From NCBI GenBank assembly GCA_902496185.1, contig CABUZX010000003.1, forward strand, positions 16,849-80,848: a stretch of DNA of 64,000 nucleotides, written 5' to 3'. Source of the DNA: an uncultured Subdoligranulum sp. GTDB taxonomy: Bacteria > Bacillota > Clostridia > Christensenellales > CAG-314. Under the pieces are notes generated by a model. That model was given only the letters and a program-made list of their open reading frames with translations, was not told the DNA's origin and searched no databases. The position numbers and the translations under genes were made by a program. Positions 36,178 to 45,410 of the stretch are shown piece after piece (position 1 is the stretch's first letter; each line of letters begins with the position of its first letter).

Positions 36178-39006
36178 TTAGTCAAGTCTATTATTTTGCA
36201 AAATCTTTTTTAGAAACTGCCCTGTATAACTGCGGTCACACTGCGCAACTTCTTCGGGAGTACCGCACACTACTATTTGCCCGCCCTTGTCACCGCCTTC
36301 TTCGCCAAGGTCAAGTACATAATCCGCAACCTTAATTACGTCGAGATTGTGTTCAATCACAACGACGGTATTGCCCTTTGCGACCAAAGTCTGCAAAATA
36401 CTAATAAGTTTTTCTACGTCAGCGGTTGCAAGCCCCGTAGTAGGCTCGTCAAGCAAATAAATAGTTTTGCCGGTGTTGCGTTTGCTTAATTCCGTACTTA
36501 ACTTTACTCTTTGCGCCTCACCACCCGACAAACTTGTAGCTGGTTGTCCCAACTTGACGTATCCCAACCCCACGTCGTACAAAGTTTGCAATTTGTTTTT
36601 AATGGGGGTAATATTTTCAAAAAACTCCAACGCCTCCTCTACTCGCATATCAAGCACGTCGGAAATATTTTTGCCTTTGTACTTTACCTGCAATGTTTCT
36701 CTATTGTATCTTGCGCCGTGGCAAACCTCACAAGGCACAAAAACATCAGGCAAAAAGTTCATTTCTATACGCAAAATACCGTCACCCGAGCAGTTTTCGC
36801 ACCGTCCGCCCGGCACGTTAAAGGAAAATCTACCCGCCGAATAGCCCCTTTCCTTTGCGTCGGGGGTGGACGCGTACAGTTTTCGTATATGGTCAAACAT
36901 ACCCGTATAAGTTGCCGGATTGCTACGCGGAGTACGACCTATGGGAGATTGGTCTATTACTATTGCATTATCAAAATACTCAATACCGCTGATTTCTTGA
37001 CATTCAACGGGTTTAAAATGCGCCCTATTTAATTTATTTAAGAGATATGGCGCTAAAATTTCATTTATAAGACTACTTTTTCCGCTACCCGACACACCCG
37101 TCACAGCAGTAAAAGTACCGACGGGTATTTTAGCAGTTACGTTTTTTAAATTGTTTTTAGTCGCGCCCTTTATGGTCAAAAATTTTCCGTTGCCGTCACG
37201 TCTGAGTTTTGGTACGGCGATAAATCTTTTTCCGCTCAAAAACTGCCCCGTAAGAGACTCCGAGCAATCCATAATATCCTGCGGTGTACCGCAAGCAACT
37301 ACTTCGCCACCGTGAACGCCCGCGCCCGGTCCCAAATCCACCACGAAATCGGCTGCACGTATGGTATCCTCGTCGTGCTCAACCACAATGACGGTATTGC
37401 CGAGGTCTCTTAAATTGCAAAGCGTTTCAATAAGTTTTTGATTATCGCGCTGATGTAAACCTATACTCGGCTCGTCGAGAATATACAACACACCCGTCAA
37501 TCCACTACCAATTTGCGTCGCAAGACGTATTCTTTGCGCCTCGCCACCGGACAAAGAACCTGCCGAACGGTTTAAAGTAAGATAGTCCAACCCAACGTCG
37601 CACAAAAAATTGATACGCGCTTTGATTTCCTTAAGCAAAATATTAGCAATAGTTGCTTTTGTAGGCGTCAACTCCAACTTATCGAAAAAGTCTTTGAGTT
37701 TATCTAACGAAAGTTGACAAATTTCCCAAATATTTTTATCCGCTATTTTAACGGACAAAACCTCCTTTTTTAGACGCTTGCCGTTGCAAGTCGAACAAGG
37801 CGTAGACACCATATATTTTTCGTACTCTCTTTTGGCGTAATCACTTGTTGACTCTTTGTACCTACGCTCCATCATAGGGATAATACCCTCCCAAGGAGAG
37901 TCGTACCGACCAGAAAAAGAGCGCGAAGTATATTCAAAATGAATTTTTTCGCCATTGCTACCGTACATAATAACGTCGTAAATTTCCTTTGGCAAATCGC
38001 ACACAGGCACGTCTCTGTCAAAGCCGTAATGCTCTGCAAGCGCCGAAAAATACATATCCATACGCGTACCAGCGTCAATGCTAAATCCCATCAACCTTAC
38101 CGCACCGTCGTTGAGGCTTTTTGTTTTGTCTGGTATGACGAGATTTTCGTCCAAACGCTGTTTAAATCCCAAACCGAGACAATCGGGACAAGCCCCGAAA
38201 GGGCTGTTGAAACTAAACATACGCGGTTCTAACTCTTCTATAGCAATACCGCAATCGGGACAGGAATATTTTGTGGAAAATAAAATTTCTTCCGTATCGG
38301 TTTGAGCGCAAACCAAACCTTCGGCAAGTTTGATTGCCGTTTCAAGACTGTCAAAAAGTCTTTGTTGAATATTTGGCTTGACCACTATTCTGTCAACCAC
38401 TACGCTAATTGAGTGTTTTTTTTGCTTGTCAAGAACAATCTCGTCGTCTAAAGTATAATTTTCGCCGTCTACGCGCACTCTTGCAAAGCCTTGTTTTTTT
38501 AAGTTTTCCAACAAGTTACGGTATTCACCCTTACGGCTTCTTACAACGGGAGCCAGTATTTGCACCCGCGTACCTTCGGGGTACTCCATAATTTTGTCGG
38601 CAATCTGATCCACCGTTTGACGAGAAATTTCCTTTCCGCAGTTGGGACAATACGGCGTGCCTATGCGCGCGTACAACAAACGTAAATAGTCGTAAATCTC
38701 CGTCACCGTACCTACCGTACTGCGCGGATTGTTGTTTGTGGTTTTTTGATCAATAGATATGGCGGGAGACAAGCCTTCAATGGACTCCACGTCGGGCTTG
38801 TCCATCTGTCCCAAAAACTGCCGAGCATAAGCAGAAAGGCTTTCAACGTACCTACGTTGACCTTCGGCAAATATAGTGTCAAAAGCAAGGCTACTTTTTC
38901 CGCTACCTGAAATCCCCGTAAACAAAACTAATTTGTCTCGGGGAATAGTAATAGAAACGTTTTTTAAGTTATTTTCCTTTGCATTTTTTATTATAATTTC
39001 TTTCAT
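36178..39006 (-). CDS. uvrA: Excinuclease ABC subunit A
   Basis: [23 protein letters not shown], two ABC modules, and zinc-finger Cys pairs. I chose the start at MKEIIIKN (39006), 4 nt after the uvrB stop. The longer track ORF would overlap uvrB. Confidence 0.97.
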   Translation of the reverse strand: MKEIIIKNAKENNLKNVSITIPRDKLVLFTGISGSGKSSLAFDTIFAEGQRRYVESLSAYARQFLGQMDKPDVESIEGLSPAISIDQKTTNNNPRSTVGTVTEIYDYLRLLYARIGTPYCPNCGKEISRQTVDQIADKIMEYPEGTRVQILAPVVRSRKGEYRNLLENLKKQGFARVRVDGENYTLDDEIVLDKQKKHSISVVVDRIVVKPNIQQRLFDSLETAIKLAEGLVCAQTDTEEILFSTKYSCPDCGIAIEELEPRMFSFNSPFGACPDCLGLGFKQRLDENLVIPDKTKSLNDGAVRLMGFSIDAGTRMDMYFSALAEHYGFDRDVPVCDLPKEIYDVIMYGSNGEKIHFEYTSRSFSGRYDSPWEGIIPMMERRYKESTSDYAKREYEKYMVSTPCSTCNGKRLKKEVLSVKIADKNIWEICQLSLDKLKDFFDKLELTPTKATIANILLKEIKARINFLCDVGLDYLTLNRSAGSLSGGEAQRIRLATQIGSGLTGVLYILDEPSIGLHQRDNQKLIETLCNLRDLGNTVIVVEHDEDTIRAADFVVDLGPGAGVHGGEVVACGTPQDIMDCSESLTGQFLSGKRFIAVPKLRRDGNGKFLTIKGATKNNLKNVTAKIPVGTFTAVTGVSGSGKSSLINEILAPYLLNKLNRAHFKPVECQEISGIEYFDNAIVIDQSPIGRTPRSNPATYTGMFDHIRKLYASTPDAKERGYSAGRFSFNVPGGRCENCSGDGILRIEMNFLPDVFVPCEVCHGARYNRETLQVKYKGKNISDVLDMRVEEALEFFENITPIKNKLQTLYDVGLGYVKLGQPATSLSGGEAQRVKLSTELSKRNTGKTIYLLDEPTTGLATADVEKLISILQTLVAKGNTVVVIEHNLDVIKVADYVLDLGEEGGDKGGQIVVCGTPEEVAQCDRSYTGQFLKKILQNNRLD

Positions 39007-39010
39007 AACT

Positions 39011-41011
39011 TTATTTTTTGTTTTTACCGTACTTGCCAAAACCTTTTTTTTGCGGTTTTTCTTCAAGCTTTTTTATTTGCGCCGAAATTTTTGCCGATTG
39101 CTCTCTCAAAACTATTGCCTTTTCAAAATCAAGATTGCCAGCTGCTACCTTCATTGCCGAAGTAATTTTTGACAATTGGTCGTACAACTCCTCCAACGTA
39201 GCGCTATCGGATACCTTTTGGCTGATAATAAGAGTATTTTTAGTTTCGTGCGAAATTGTCTTTGGCGTTATTCCGTGCAAAAGGTTGTAATCGTTTTGAA
39301 TTTTGCGACGACGGTTTGTTTCGTCAATTGCGCGTTGCATACTGCCCGTTATTACGTCAGCGTACATAATCACCCTGCCGTTTACGTTTCTTGCGGCGCG
39401 ACCTATGGTTTGAATAAGACTGGATTCGCTACGCAAAAAACCTTCTTTATCGGCGTCAAGTATAGCAACTAACTCAACTTGAGGCAAGTCCAAACCTTCT
39501 CTCAACAAATTGATGCCCACCAAAACGTCAAAGTCTCCGTTTTTTAGAGAGTTTACAATATCTACGCGTTCCAACGTATCTATATCGCTGTGCATATATC
39601 TAACGCGTACATTACGTTGCGCAAGATATTCCGTAAGAGACTCCGCCATGCGTTTGGTAAGAGTAGTAACCAATACTCTACCCTTATTTGCAACAACTTT
39701 GTTTATTTCAGCCAAAAGATCGTCTATTTGCCCTTCTATCTTTTTGACGGTAACTTCGGGGTCCAACAAACCCGTCGGACGTATAACCTGCTCCGCCACC
39801 TGCCCTGCTTGCGAAAGTTCGTACTCGTTGGGAGTTGCAGAAACGCAAATCATCTGCCCAACCCTTGCGTCAAATTCGTCAAAACGCAACGGTCTGTTGT
39901 CGTAAGCCGATTTAAGCCTAAAGCCGTAACCAACGAGATTGTCTTTACGAGCCCTGTCACCGTTGTACATACCGCGTAACTGTGGCAAAGTAATATGACT
40001 TTCGTCCACAAAAGTCAAAAAATCTTCAGGAAAATAATCCAATAGCGTATAAGGCGGTTGACCTACCTCCCTACCGTCAAAATACCGCGAATAGTTTTCA
40101 ATACCGTTGGTGTAGCCCATTTCCTTGAGCATTTCCAAATCGTAATCTACGCGTTGGTTTAAGCGATAAGCTTCAATTACCTTGCCTTGCTCTTCAAACT
40201 CTGCTACTTCGTGCTTTTTGTCCGTTGCGATATTTGCCAAGCAGGACTCCATTGTACCGCCTGACACGATATAGTGCGTTGCAGGAAACACAAAACAATG
40301 CAAAAGCTGACAAAGAACCCTGCCTGATACGGCGTCGTTTTCCGTAATACGGTCTATTTCGTCGCCGAAAAACTCTATGCGTATAGTTTTGTCAGTACTG
40401 TCAGAGGGAAAAACCTCTACTATATCTCCACGTACCCTAAAAGTACTGCGCCTAAAGTCCATATCCGCGCGCTTATATTGCATACTGACAAGCTTTGCAA
40501 TAACTTCTTCCCTACTGATTTTATCGTTTGGACGAAGAGATAAACTCATCTTATAATACTCGCCCGGCGCGCCCAAGCCGTAAATACAACTTACCGACGC
40601 CACCACTATAGTGTCGCGCCTTTCAAAAAGACTGCAAGTTGCAGAGTGACGGAGTTTGTCTATCTCCTCGTTTATGGAAAGTTCCTTTTCGATATACAAA
40701 TCACGGCTTGGAATATAACTCTCCGGCATATAATAATCGTAATAAGACACAAAAAACTCCACCCTGTTGTGCGGAAAAAATTCCCTAAATTCGTTACACA
40801 ATTGGGCGGCGAGAGTTTTGTTGTGACTGATAATCAATGCGGGGCGGTTGGTTTGAGCAATAATATTCGCCATAGTAAAGGTCTTGCCACTACCCGTAAC
40901 TCCGCGCAAAACTTGAGTGCGTAAACCGTTGTTAAGCCCTTCTACAAGTTTTTGTATGGCTTGCGGTTGATCTCCGCAAGCATTATATTTTGATACCAGT
41001 TTAAAATCCAT
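39011..41011 (-). CDS. uvrB: Excinuclease ABC subunit B
   Basis: [12 protein letters not shown], a DESH box, helicase motifs, and a C-terminal UVR domain. Confidence 0.97.
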   Translation of the reverse strand: MDFKLVSKYNACGDQPQAIQKLVEGLNNGLRTQVLRGVTGSGKTFTMANIIAQTNRPALIISHNKTLAAQLCNEFREFFPHNRVEFFVSYYDYYMPESYIPSRDLYIEKELSINEEIDKLRHSATCSLFERRDTIVVASVSCIYGLGAPGEYYKMSLSLRPNDKISREEVIAKLVSMQYKRADMDFRRSTFRVRGDIVEVFPSDSTDKTIRIEFFGDEIDRITENDAVSGRVLCQLLHCFVFPATHYIVSGGTMESCLANIATDKKHEVAEFEEQGKVIEAYRLNQRVDYDLEMLKEMGYTNGIENYSRYFDGREVGQPPYTLLDYFPEDFLTFVDESHITLPQLRGMYNGDRARKDNLVGYGFRLKSAYDNRPLRFDEFDARVGQMICVSATPNEYELSQAGQVAEQVIRPTGLLDPEVTVKKIEGQIDDLLAEINKVVANKGRVLVTTLTKRMAESLTEYLAQRNVRVRYMHSDIDTLERVDIVNSLKNGDFDVLVGINLLREGLDLPQVELVAILDADKEGFLRSESSLIQTIGRAARNVNGRVIMYADVITGSMQRAIDETNRRRKIQNDYNLLHGITPKTISHETKNTLIISQKVSDSATLEELYDQLSKITSAMKVAAGNLDFEKAIVLREQSAKISAQIKKLEEKPQKKGFGKYGKNKK

Positions 41012-41031
41012 ATATTTTGTAAATACGTTAC

Positions 41032-41811
41032 TTAATTTTCGTTTTGATTAAGGTTGTAAATAATATTCAAGCCCTCCAACGATAAGCCTCTGTCAACTAC
41101 GTCGAAAAACTTTTTGCCGTCAAATGAAAGCAATTGACTCAACCCCCCCGTTGCAATAACTTTGCAATCGGGCAGATTAATTTCTTCCTTAAGCTTTTTT
41201 ACTATATATTCTACCTGTCCCGTCATACCGTAAATTATTCCGCTTTGTATACCCTTTATCATACTGTTTCCGAGTACTTTTGACGGGCGGAAAAGCTCTA
41301 CTTCCGGCAAGCAAGCAGTCGAAGCCGAAAGAGCTTTGATGCTAGTCTTTATCCCCGTAGTAATACAACCGCCAATAAATTCTTTTTTTTCGTTTACGAC
41401 GTTAAAGGTAGTTGCCGTACCAAAGTCAATAAGTATAAATGGCGCGCCATACTTTTTGCAAGCAGCAACACAGTTGACTATGCGGTCACTGCCAAGTTCG
41501 CGTGGATTTTCGTACTTGATATTGAGTCCCGTTTTGATACCCGGCGCAATCATCATAGGAGTAAATCCGAAGTAATACTCTACCATGTGTACAATAGTAT
41601 AGTTGAGTTGTGGTATTACGCTACTTATTATTCCGCCTGTTACCTGCTCGAGTTTAATTTGTTCGGAAAACATAAGTTGTTTTATTATACTACCGTGCTC
41701 GTCGCTTGTACGGGCAACGTCGGTAGAAATTCTCCAACCATATAAAAGACTATTATTTTCAAACAAGCCGATTTTTATGTTTGTATTGCCTATATCGATA
41801 GTAAGTATCAT
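41032..41811 (-). CDS. coaX: Type III pantothenate kinase
   Basis: MILTIDIGNTNIKIGLF, with the DFGTATT and GGLS motifs of the CoaX/ASKHA fold. Confidence 0.9.
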   Translation of the reverse strand: MILTIDIGNTNIKIGLFENNSLLYGWRISTDVARTSDEHGSIIKQLMFSEQIKLEQVTGGIISSVIPQLNYTIVHMVEYYFGFTPMMIAPGIKTGLNIKYENPRELGSDRIVNCVAACKKYGAPFILIDFGTATTFNVVNEKKEFIGGCITTGIKTSIKALSASTACLPEVELFRPSKVLGNSMIKGIQSGIIYGMTGQVEYIVKKLKEEINLPDCKVIATGGLSQLLSFDGKKFFDVVDRGLSLEGLNIIYNLNQNEN

Positions 41812-41813
41812 TG

Positions 41814-42473
41814 TTATTCACCTTTGTTTTGCCCGTTTGAGCTTTCAAGTTGCGCGCGTTTAATATTGTTGCCGTCCACGCCCAATTTAAGACCTTTTCT
41901 TACACCAAATACTACAAAAGGCACAAAAATCATACTTACTGCATATTCCGGAATAATATTTGTAAAAATTACCGCCTTTATCGTGACAATCAATGGCGTA
42001 AAATCGTTTCCCGCAAGGCTTTGACCTAAATTAAGCGCCGTCAAAAACAATAGCGTATTTATCGCAAGACCTAAAAAACACCCCACAACCATAGATATAT
42101 GTTGACTTTTTTTGCTTTGGCTGTTTTTAAAAAGTTTAAGAATTAATCTGTAAACGGCAAAAGCCGTAATCCCCACGAAACAACGTGGCAATATATAAAT
42201 AAAAATACTGTAAATACCAAAAGTGGCAAAGGTAGCTTCACTAAAAATAAAACCCTTGCAAAAGCTTGCCAACCCAAACAACGCGCCCGTCAAGAAACCG
42301 AAAAACCAATCGTTAAATAAAAAACAAATGCTAAAAGTAACAAGCAAAACTATACACGCCATTGAAACGGGCAAAAAGGTGCTAAACAATCTGTCCAACA
42401 TCATTGCCACAAAAATCAAAGCAAAAGCAATAGCTACAACGGTGACTTTAAAAGATCTTTTTTTTAAATTCAT
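41814..42473 (-). CDS. Polytopic membrane protein, possibly an ECF-transporter S component (pantothenate PanT-like)
   Basis: About six TM segments in 219 aa. The stop is 2 nt before the coaX start. The PanT assignment rests only on context and size. Confidence 0.4.
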   Translation of the reverse strand: MNLKKRSFKVTVVAIAFALIFVAMMLDRLFSTFLPVSMACIVLLVTFSICFLFNDWFFGFLTGALFGLASFCKGFIFSEATFATFGIYSIFIYILPRCFVGITAFAVYRLILKLFKNSQSKKSQHISMVVGCFLGLAINTLLFLTALNLGQSLAGNDFTPLIVTIKAVIFTNIIPEYAVSMIFVPFVVFGVRKGLKLGVDGNNIKRAQLESSNGQNKGE

Positions 42474-42699
42474 AATTAACTCCTCTACGCGCCTTTTGGT
42501 CGCGTGACGTATTGTATTATTATAACAGTGCCGTTCTTAAGATACGACCTATATTTTATTTTATCATAAATTCTGTCGTTTGTTAAACGTTTTAAACAAA
42601 AATATCCTTTTGCAAGAATTGTAACAATCAAGACAAAAAAAACGTAAATTATTATAGACACGTAAACGTCTCATAAAAAAATCTTACGGAGGTTATCTG

Positions 42700-42957
42700 A
42701 TGTTTAATAATATGTTTGGTCAAATGGACGACAATAATCACGGCAACGAAAATTGCGGAAATAACAACGGTGGTTGCGGTTTTAATCTTTGCGGTTGCAA
42801 CTGCAGTTGGATATTTTTGATTATTCTGTTTTTGTGTTGTTGCTGTGGCGGAAAGGGCAAAAACATCAATTTTAATATTAATCCTTGCTGTTTATTGCTT
42901 GCTCTTGCTTTGCTCTTTTGCTGTGGCGGAATTTCAATGCGTCCCTATCAAAAATAA
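42700..42957 (+). CDS. Tiny Cys/Gly/Asn-rich hydrophobic protein (85 aa)
   Basis: SD GGAGG. 13 Cys in 85 residues, with runs CCCC, CC and CC bracketing two hydrophobic stretches. It resembles the small YjcZ-like or high-cysteine peptides annotated in spore formers. Confidence 0.5.
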   Translation: MFNNMFGQMDDNNHGNENCGNNNGGCGFNLCGCNCSWIFLIILFLCCCCGGKGKNINFNINPCCLLLALALLFCCGGISMRPYQK

Positions 42958-43003
42958 TTAGCCGTAAACGGTACTTATTAACCCATTATTTGTACCAAAA
43001 AAC

Positions 43004-43041
43004 AAAAAACGCCCTTGTCAAACGACAAGGGCGACCTTTTT
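43004..43041. terminator. Bidirectional intrinsic terminator
   Basis: Hairpin CGCCCTTGTC-aaac-GACAAGGGCG, with an A-run before it and a T-run after it. Confidence 0.85.
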
Positions 43042-43044
43042 ATA

Positions 43045-44019
43045 TTAGTTTTGAGATAACTTTTTTTGTTTGCGTTGAGCTTTCAATTCTTTTTTGTTTT
43101 GTTTAATCAAACGTTTTTTATCCGCCATTTTCTGCTTTTTTTCATTCATAAGCTTTTTGCGTCTTTCAAGCACCAATTTTTTGGTAAACTTTTTTTCGCC
43201 CGGTTCTAAGAGCACCGACGGATCATTAAGCATTTTTTCCCACATACGCACACTGTTGACGTAGTACAAACCGTCGCAAAAACGCTCGTCCATAACTGCG
43301 CCTATCGTAAAGGTTTTTTCCGACTTGATTTCACCCTCCTTTACAACAGGAATCATTTGCTCCTTGCCCAAAGCCAAAAACATACTTGCCGTACCAAAAT
43401 CGTAAATATGGTGGTAAATATAGTTGCCCTTGATAGACTTCATAAAGGTCACGAAACAACTCGTATGAAAAGGCAACATATTCATAAGTCCCTTGCCCCA
43501 CAAGCCTACTTTATCCAACCATTTCAAAAAGCCTGCCACCACCGCCAATAGTCCGCTTGGCATACGAACGAGTTTATCCATAAATATATCCAAAGAGTTT
43601 ACGTCGGTACTACGCAAATTGCTTTCTACAACCTGCTTTATTTTGTCGCGTACTTCGTACAAAGTTTCGCTACCGTCAAACTCCACCTTGACAACGGTCT
43701 CCTCGCCTGCGTCACGCAAACCTTTTTTGATAACGAAAGAAATACTAAAAGTATACCTGTCGTAAATTTTGCGAGCAATTACAAAACGGTTGAGAGCTTC
43801 CCTCTTGGAGTAAAGCCTAACTAAACTTGCCAAAAATACGTCGTTAAAACTAAAAATTTCACCTTTTGCTTTTTGGTCGGCAATAAACTCCTCTATCGGT
43901 TTGCTGAAACAGGTGACTTTTGTAGTATTGCACGCGTCGTAACGCCTCGGCATAATATGTGGCATCAATTGCATCATAGGGTCAATATAACTTGCTCTTT
44001 TTCCGTCTATTCTTCCCAT
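43045..44019 (-). CDS. Stand-alone 2-oxoacid dehydrogenase acyltransferase catalytic-domain-like (CAT-fold) protein with a Lys-rich C-terminal tail
   Basis: The motif region VMDERFCDGLYY aligns by eye to the E2/CAT DHRxxDG motif. The overall layout resembles single-domain PF00198-like proteins of Clostridia. The last 50 or so residues are a K/R/Q-rich tail. Confidence 0.5.
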   Translation of the reverse strand: MGRIDGKRASYIDPMMQLMPHIMPRRYDACNTTKVTCFSKPIEEFIADQKAKGEIFSFNDVFLASLVRLYSKREALNRFVIARKIYDRYTFSISFVIKKGLRDAGEETVVKVEFDGSETLYEVRDKIKQVVESNLRSTDVNSLDIFMDKLVRMPSGLLAVVAGFLKWLDKVGLWGKGLMNMLPFHTSCFVTFMKSIKGNYIYHHIYDFGTASMFLALGKEQMIPVVKEGEIKSEKTFTIGAVMDERFCDGLYYVNSVRMWEKMLNDPSVLLEPGEKKFTKKLVLERRKKLMNEKKQKMADKKRLIKQNKKELKAQRKQKKLSQN

Positions 44020-44071
44020 AAAAAATCCTTTTTTAACTTATTTTTTATATTTTTATTATAAAACCAAACGT

Positions 44072-44147
44072 AAAAAAAAACAACCTTTTACGCTACAATT
44101 GTAGAAAAATTCTACAATTTTATACATTTTTATGCGTAAGGTTGTTT
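44072..44147 (-). terminator. Composite terminator hairpin after the U32 peptidase gene
   Basis: On the minus strand, the outer stem is CAACCTTACGC / GCGTAAAAGGTTG. It encloses an inner stem TTGTAGAA/TTCTACAA and is followed by a T-run. Confidence 0.7.
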
Positions 44148-44176
44148 GATTTTGTAAATTATAGCAATATGCAAAG

Positions 44177-45400
44177 TTAGACTGTTCGCAATATGTCAAA
44201 CGGATACAAAGTATAAGGGCAATCAAAGCTGAGTATTTGCTGAACTATTTTTGCGTCACAAACCTTGTTGCCTTTTTGGTCTTTGAGGTTTTTTATTTCC
44301 ACCACTTTACCAAAACTTTCGCGCGGTGACAAAATTTCCACCTTTTGTCCTTCCAAAAACCTGCTACGCATTTCTACCGTAGCCACTCCGTCGCTATAAT
44401 CTTTTACAACTGCCAAAAACTCGCTGTCACCAACGGCTCTACTTGTTTCATAGTTTTGACGTATATCGCCGTCGTCAAAAGCAAATCCTTCAGTAAACTG
44501 TCTATGAGTGGTTTTGCACAATTCTTTTAGCAAATTTTCGTCAAGGCAATATCCGTTTTTATCCGAATAATAAGCGTCAATCGCGCGCCTATAAGCGTTG
44601 ACGACGGTTGCGACGTAATAAGGAGACTTCATTCTACCTTCTATCTTAAAGGACGCCACCCCGCACTCAATAAGCTGTGGCAAACGACGTATAAGGTTTA
44701 AATCCTTGCTATTAAAAACGTACGTCCCCCTTTGGTCTTGCCTGACTTGCATGGGGTTTTCGGGATGAGCGTCTTCGGTAATTTGCCATGACCAACGGCA
44801 CGCCTGCACGCATTCGCCCCTGTTTGCGTTGCGTCCCGTAAGGTAATTGGACATAAGGCATCTACCGCTATAACTTATACACATAGCGCCGTGCACGAAA
44901 ATTTCCGTCTCGCAATCGGGTACAAAACGGTTGATTTCCGCTATATCCGAATAAGTACACTCTCTTGCAAGCACTACGCGTTGCACGCCTTGCTTGCGCC
45001 AAAAATCAACGGCGTATTTGTTGAGAGTGTTTGCCTGCGTAGACAAATGAATATTTAATTGCGGAGCAACGGTTTTGCAAAAATCTATAACTCCTGCGTC
45101 GGACATAATAACAGCGTCCACCTTTGCAGATTGCAAAAATAGCAAATAGTCTTTAAGTTGGTCAAAATCGTCGTTGTTAGCAAAAATATTTACCGTAACG
45201 TAAACTTTTTTACCCAAAGTGTGAGCGTATTCTACAGCGCGTTGAATTTCTTCGTAAGAAAAATTATCGGCAAAAGCGCGCAAACCGAAACTTTTGCCCG
45301 CAAGATACACTGCGTCCGCTCCAAAATGAAATGCCGTAAGCATTTTTTCCATATTGCCTGCAGGGGCAAGCAATTCTACTTTTGTTTGTCGTATATTCAT
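44177..45400 (-). CDS. Peptidase U32 family protein
   Basis: ELLAPAGN, FVHGAMCISYSGRCLMSNYLTGRNANRGECVQACRW, 407 aa. Confidence 0.85.
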   Translation of the reverse strand: MNIRQTKVELLAPAGNMEKMLTAFHFGADAVYLAGKSFGLRAFADNFSYEEIQRAVEYAHTLGKKVYVTVNIFANNDDFDQLKDYLLFLQSAKVDAVIMSDAGVIDFCKTVAPQLNIHLSTQANTLNKYAVDFWRKQGVQRVVLARECTYSDIAEINRFVPDCETEIFVHGAMCISYSGRCLMSNYLTGRNANRGECVQACRWSWQITEDAHPENPMQVRQDQRGTYVFNSKDLNLIRRLPQLIECGVASFKIEGRMKSPYYVATVVNAYRRAIDAYYSDKNGYCLDENLLKELCKTTHRQFTEGFAFDDGDIRQNYETSRAVGDSEFLAVVKDYSDGVATVEMRSRFLEGQKVEILSPRESFGKVVEIKNLKDQKGNKVCDAKIVQQILSFDCPYTLYPFDILRTV

Positions 45401-45410
45401 ATCGTTTTAA

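Noticed and set aside
39007-39066. A longer UvrA N-terminus ([20 protein letters not shown]...).
   Set aside because: The extension overlaps the uvrB C-terminus in another frame. It also precedes the canonical UvrA N-terminus [16 protein letters not shown], so the internal ATG at 39006 fits better.
44094-44105. A perfect 12-nt palindrome, CTACAATTGTAG, considered as a protein operator upstream of the CAT-fold gene.
   Set aside because: It sits inside the loop of a larger hairpin followed by a T-run on the minus strand. It is most simply part of the composite terminator of the U32 peptidase gene.
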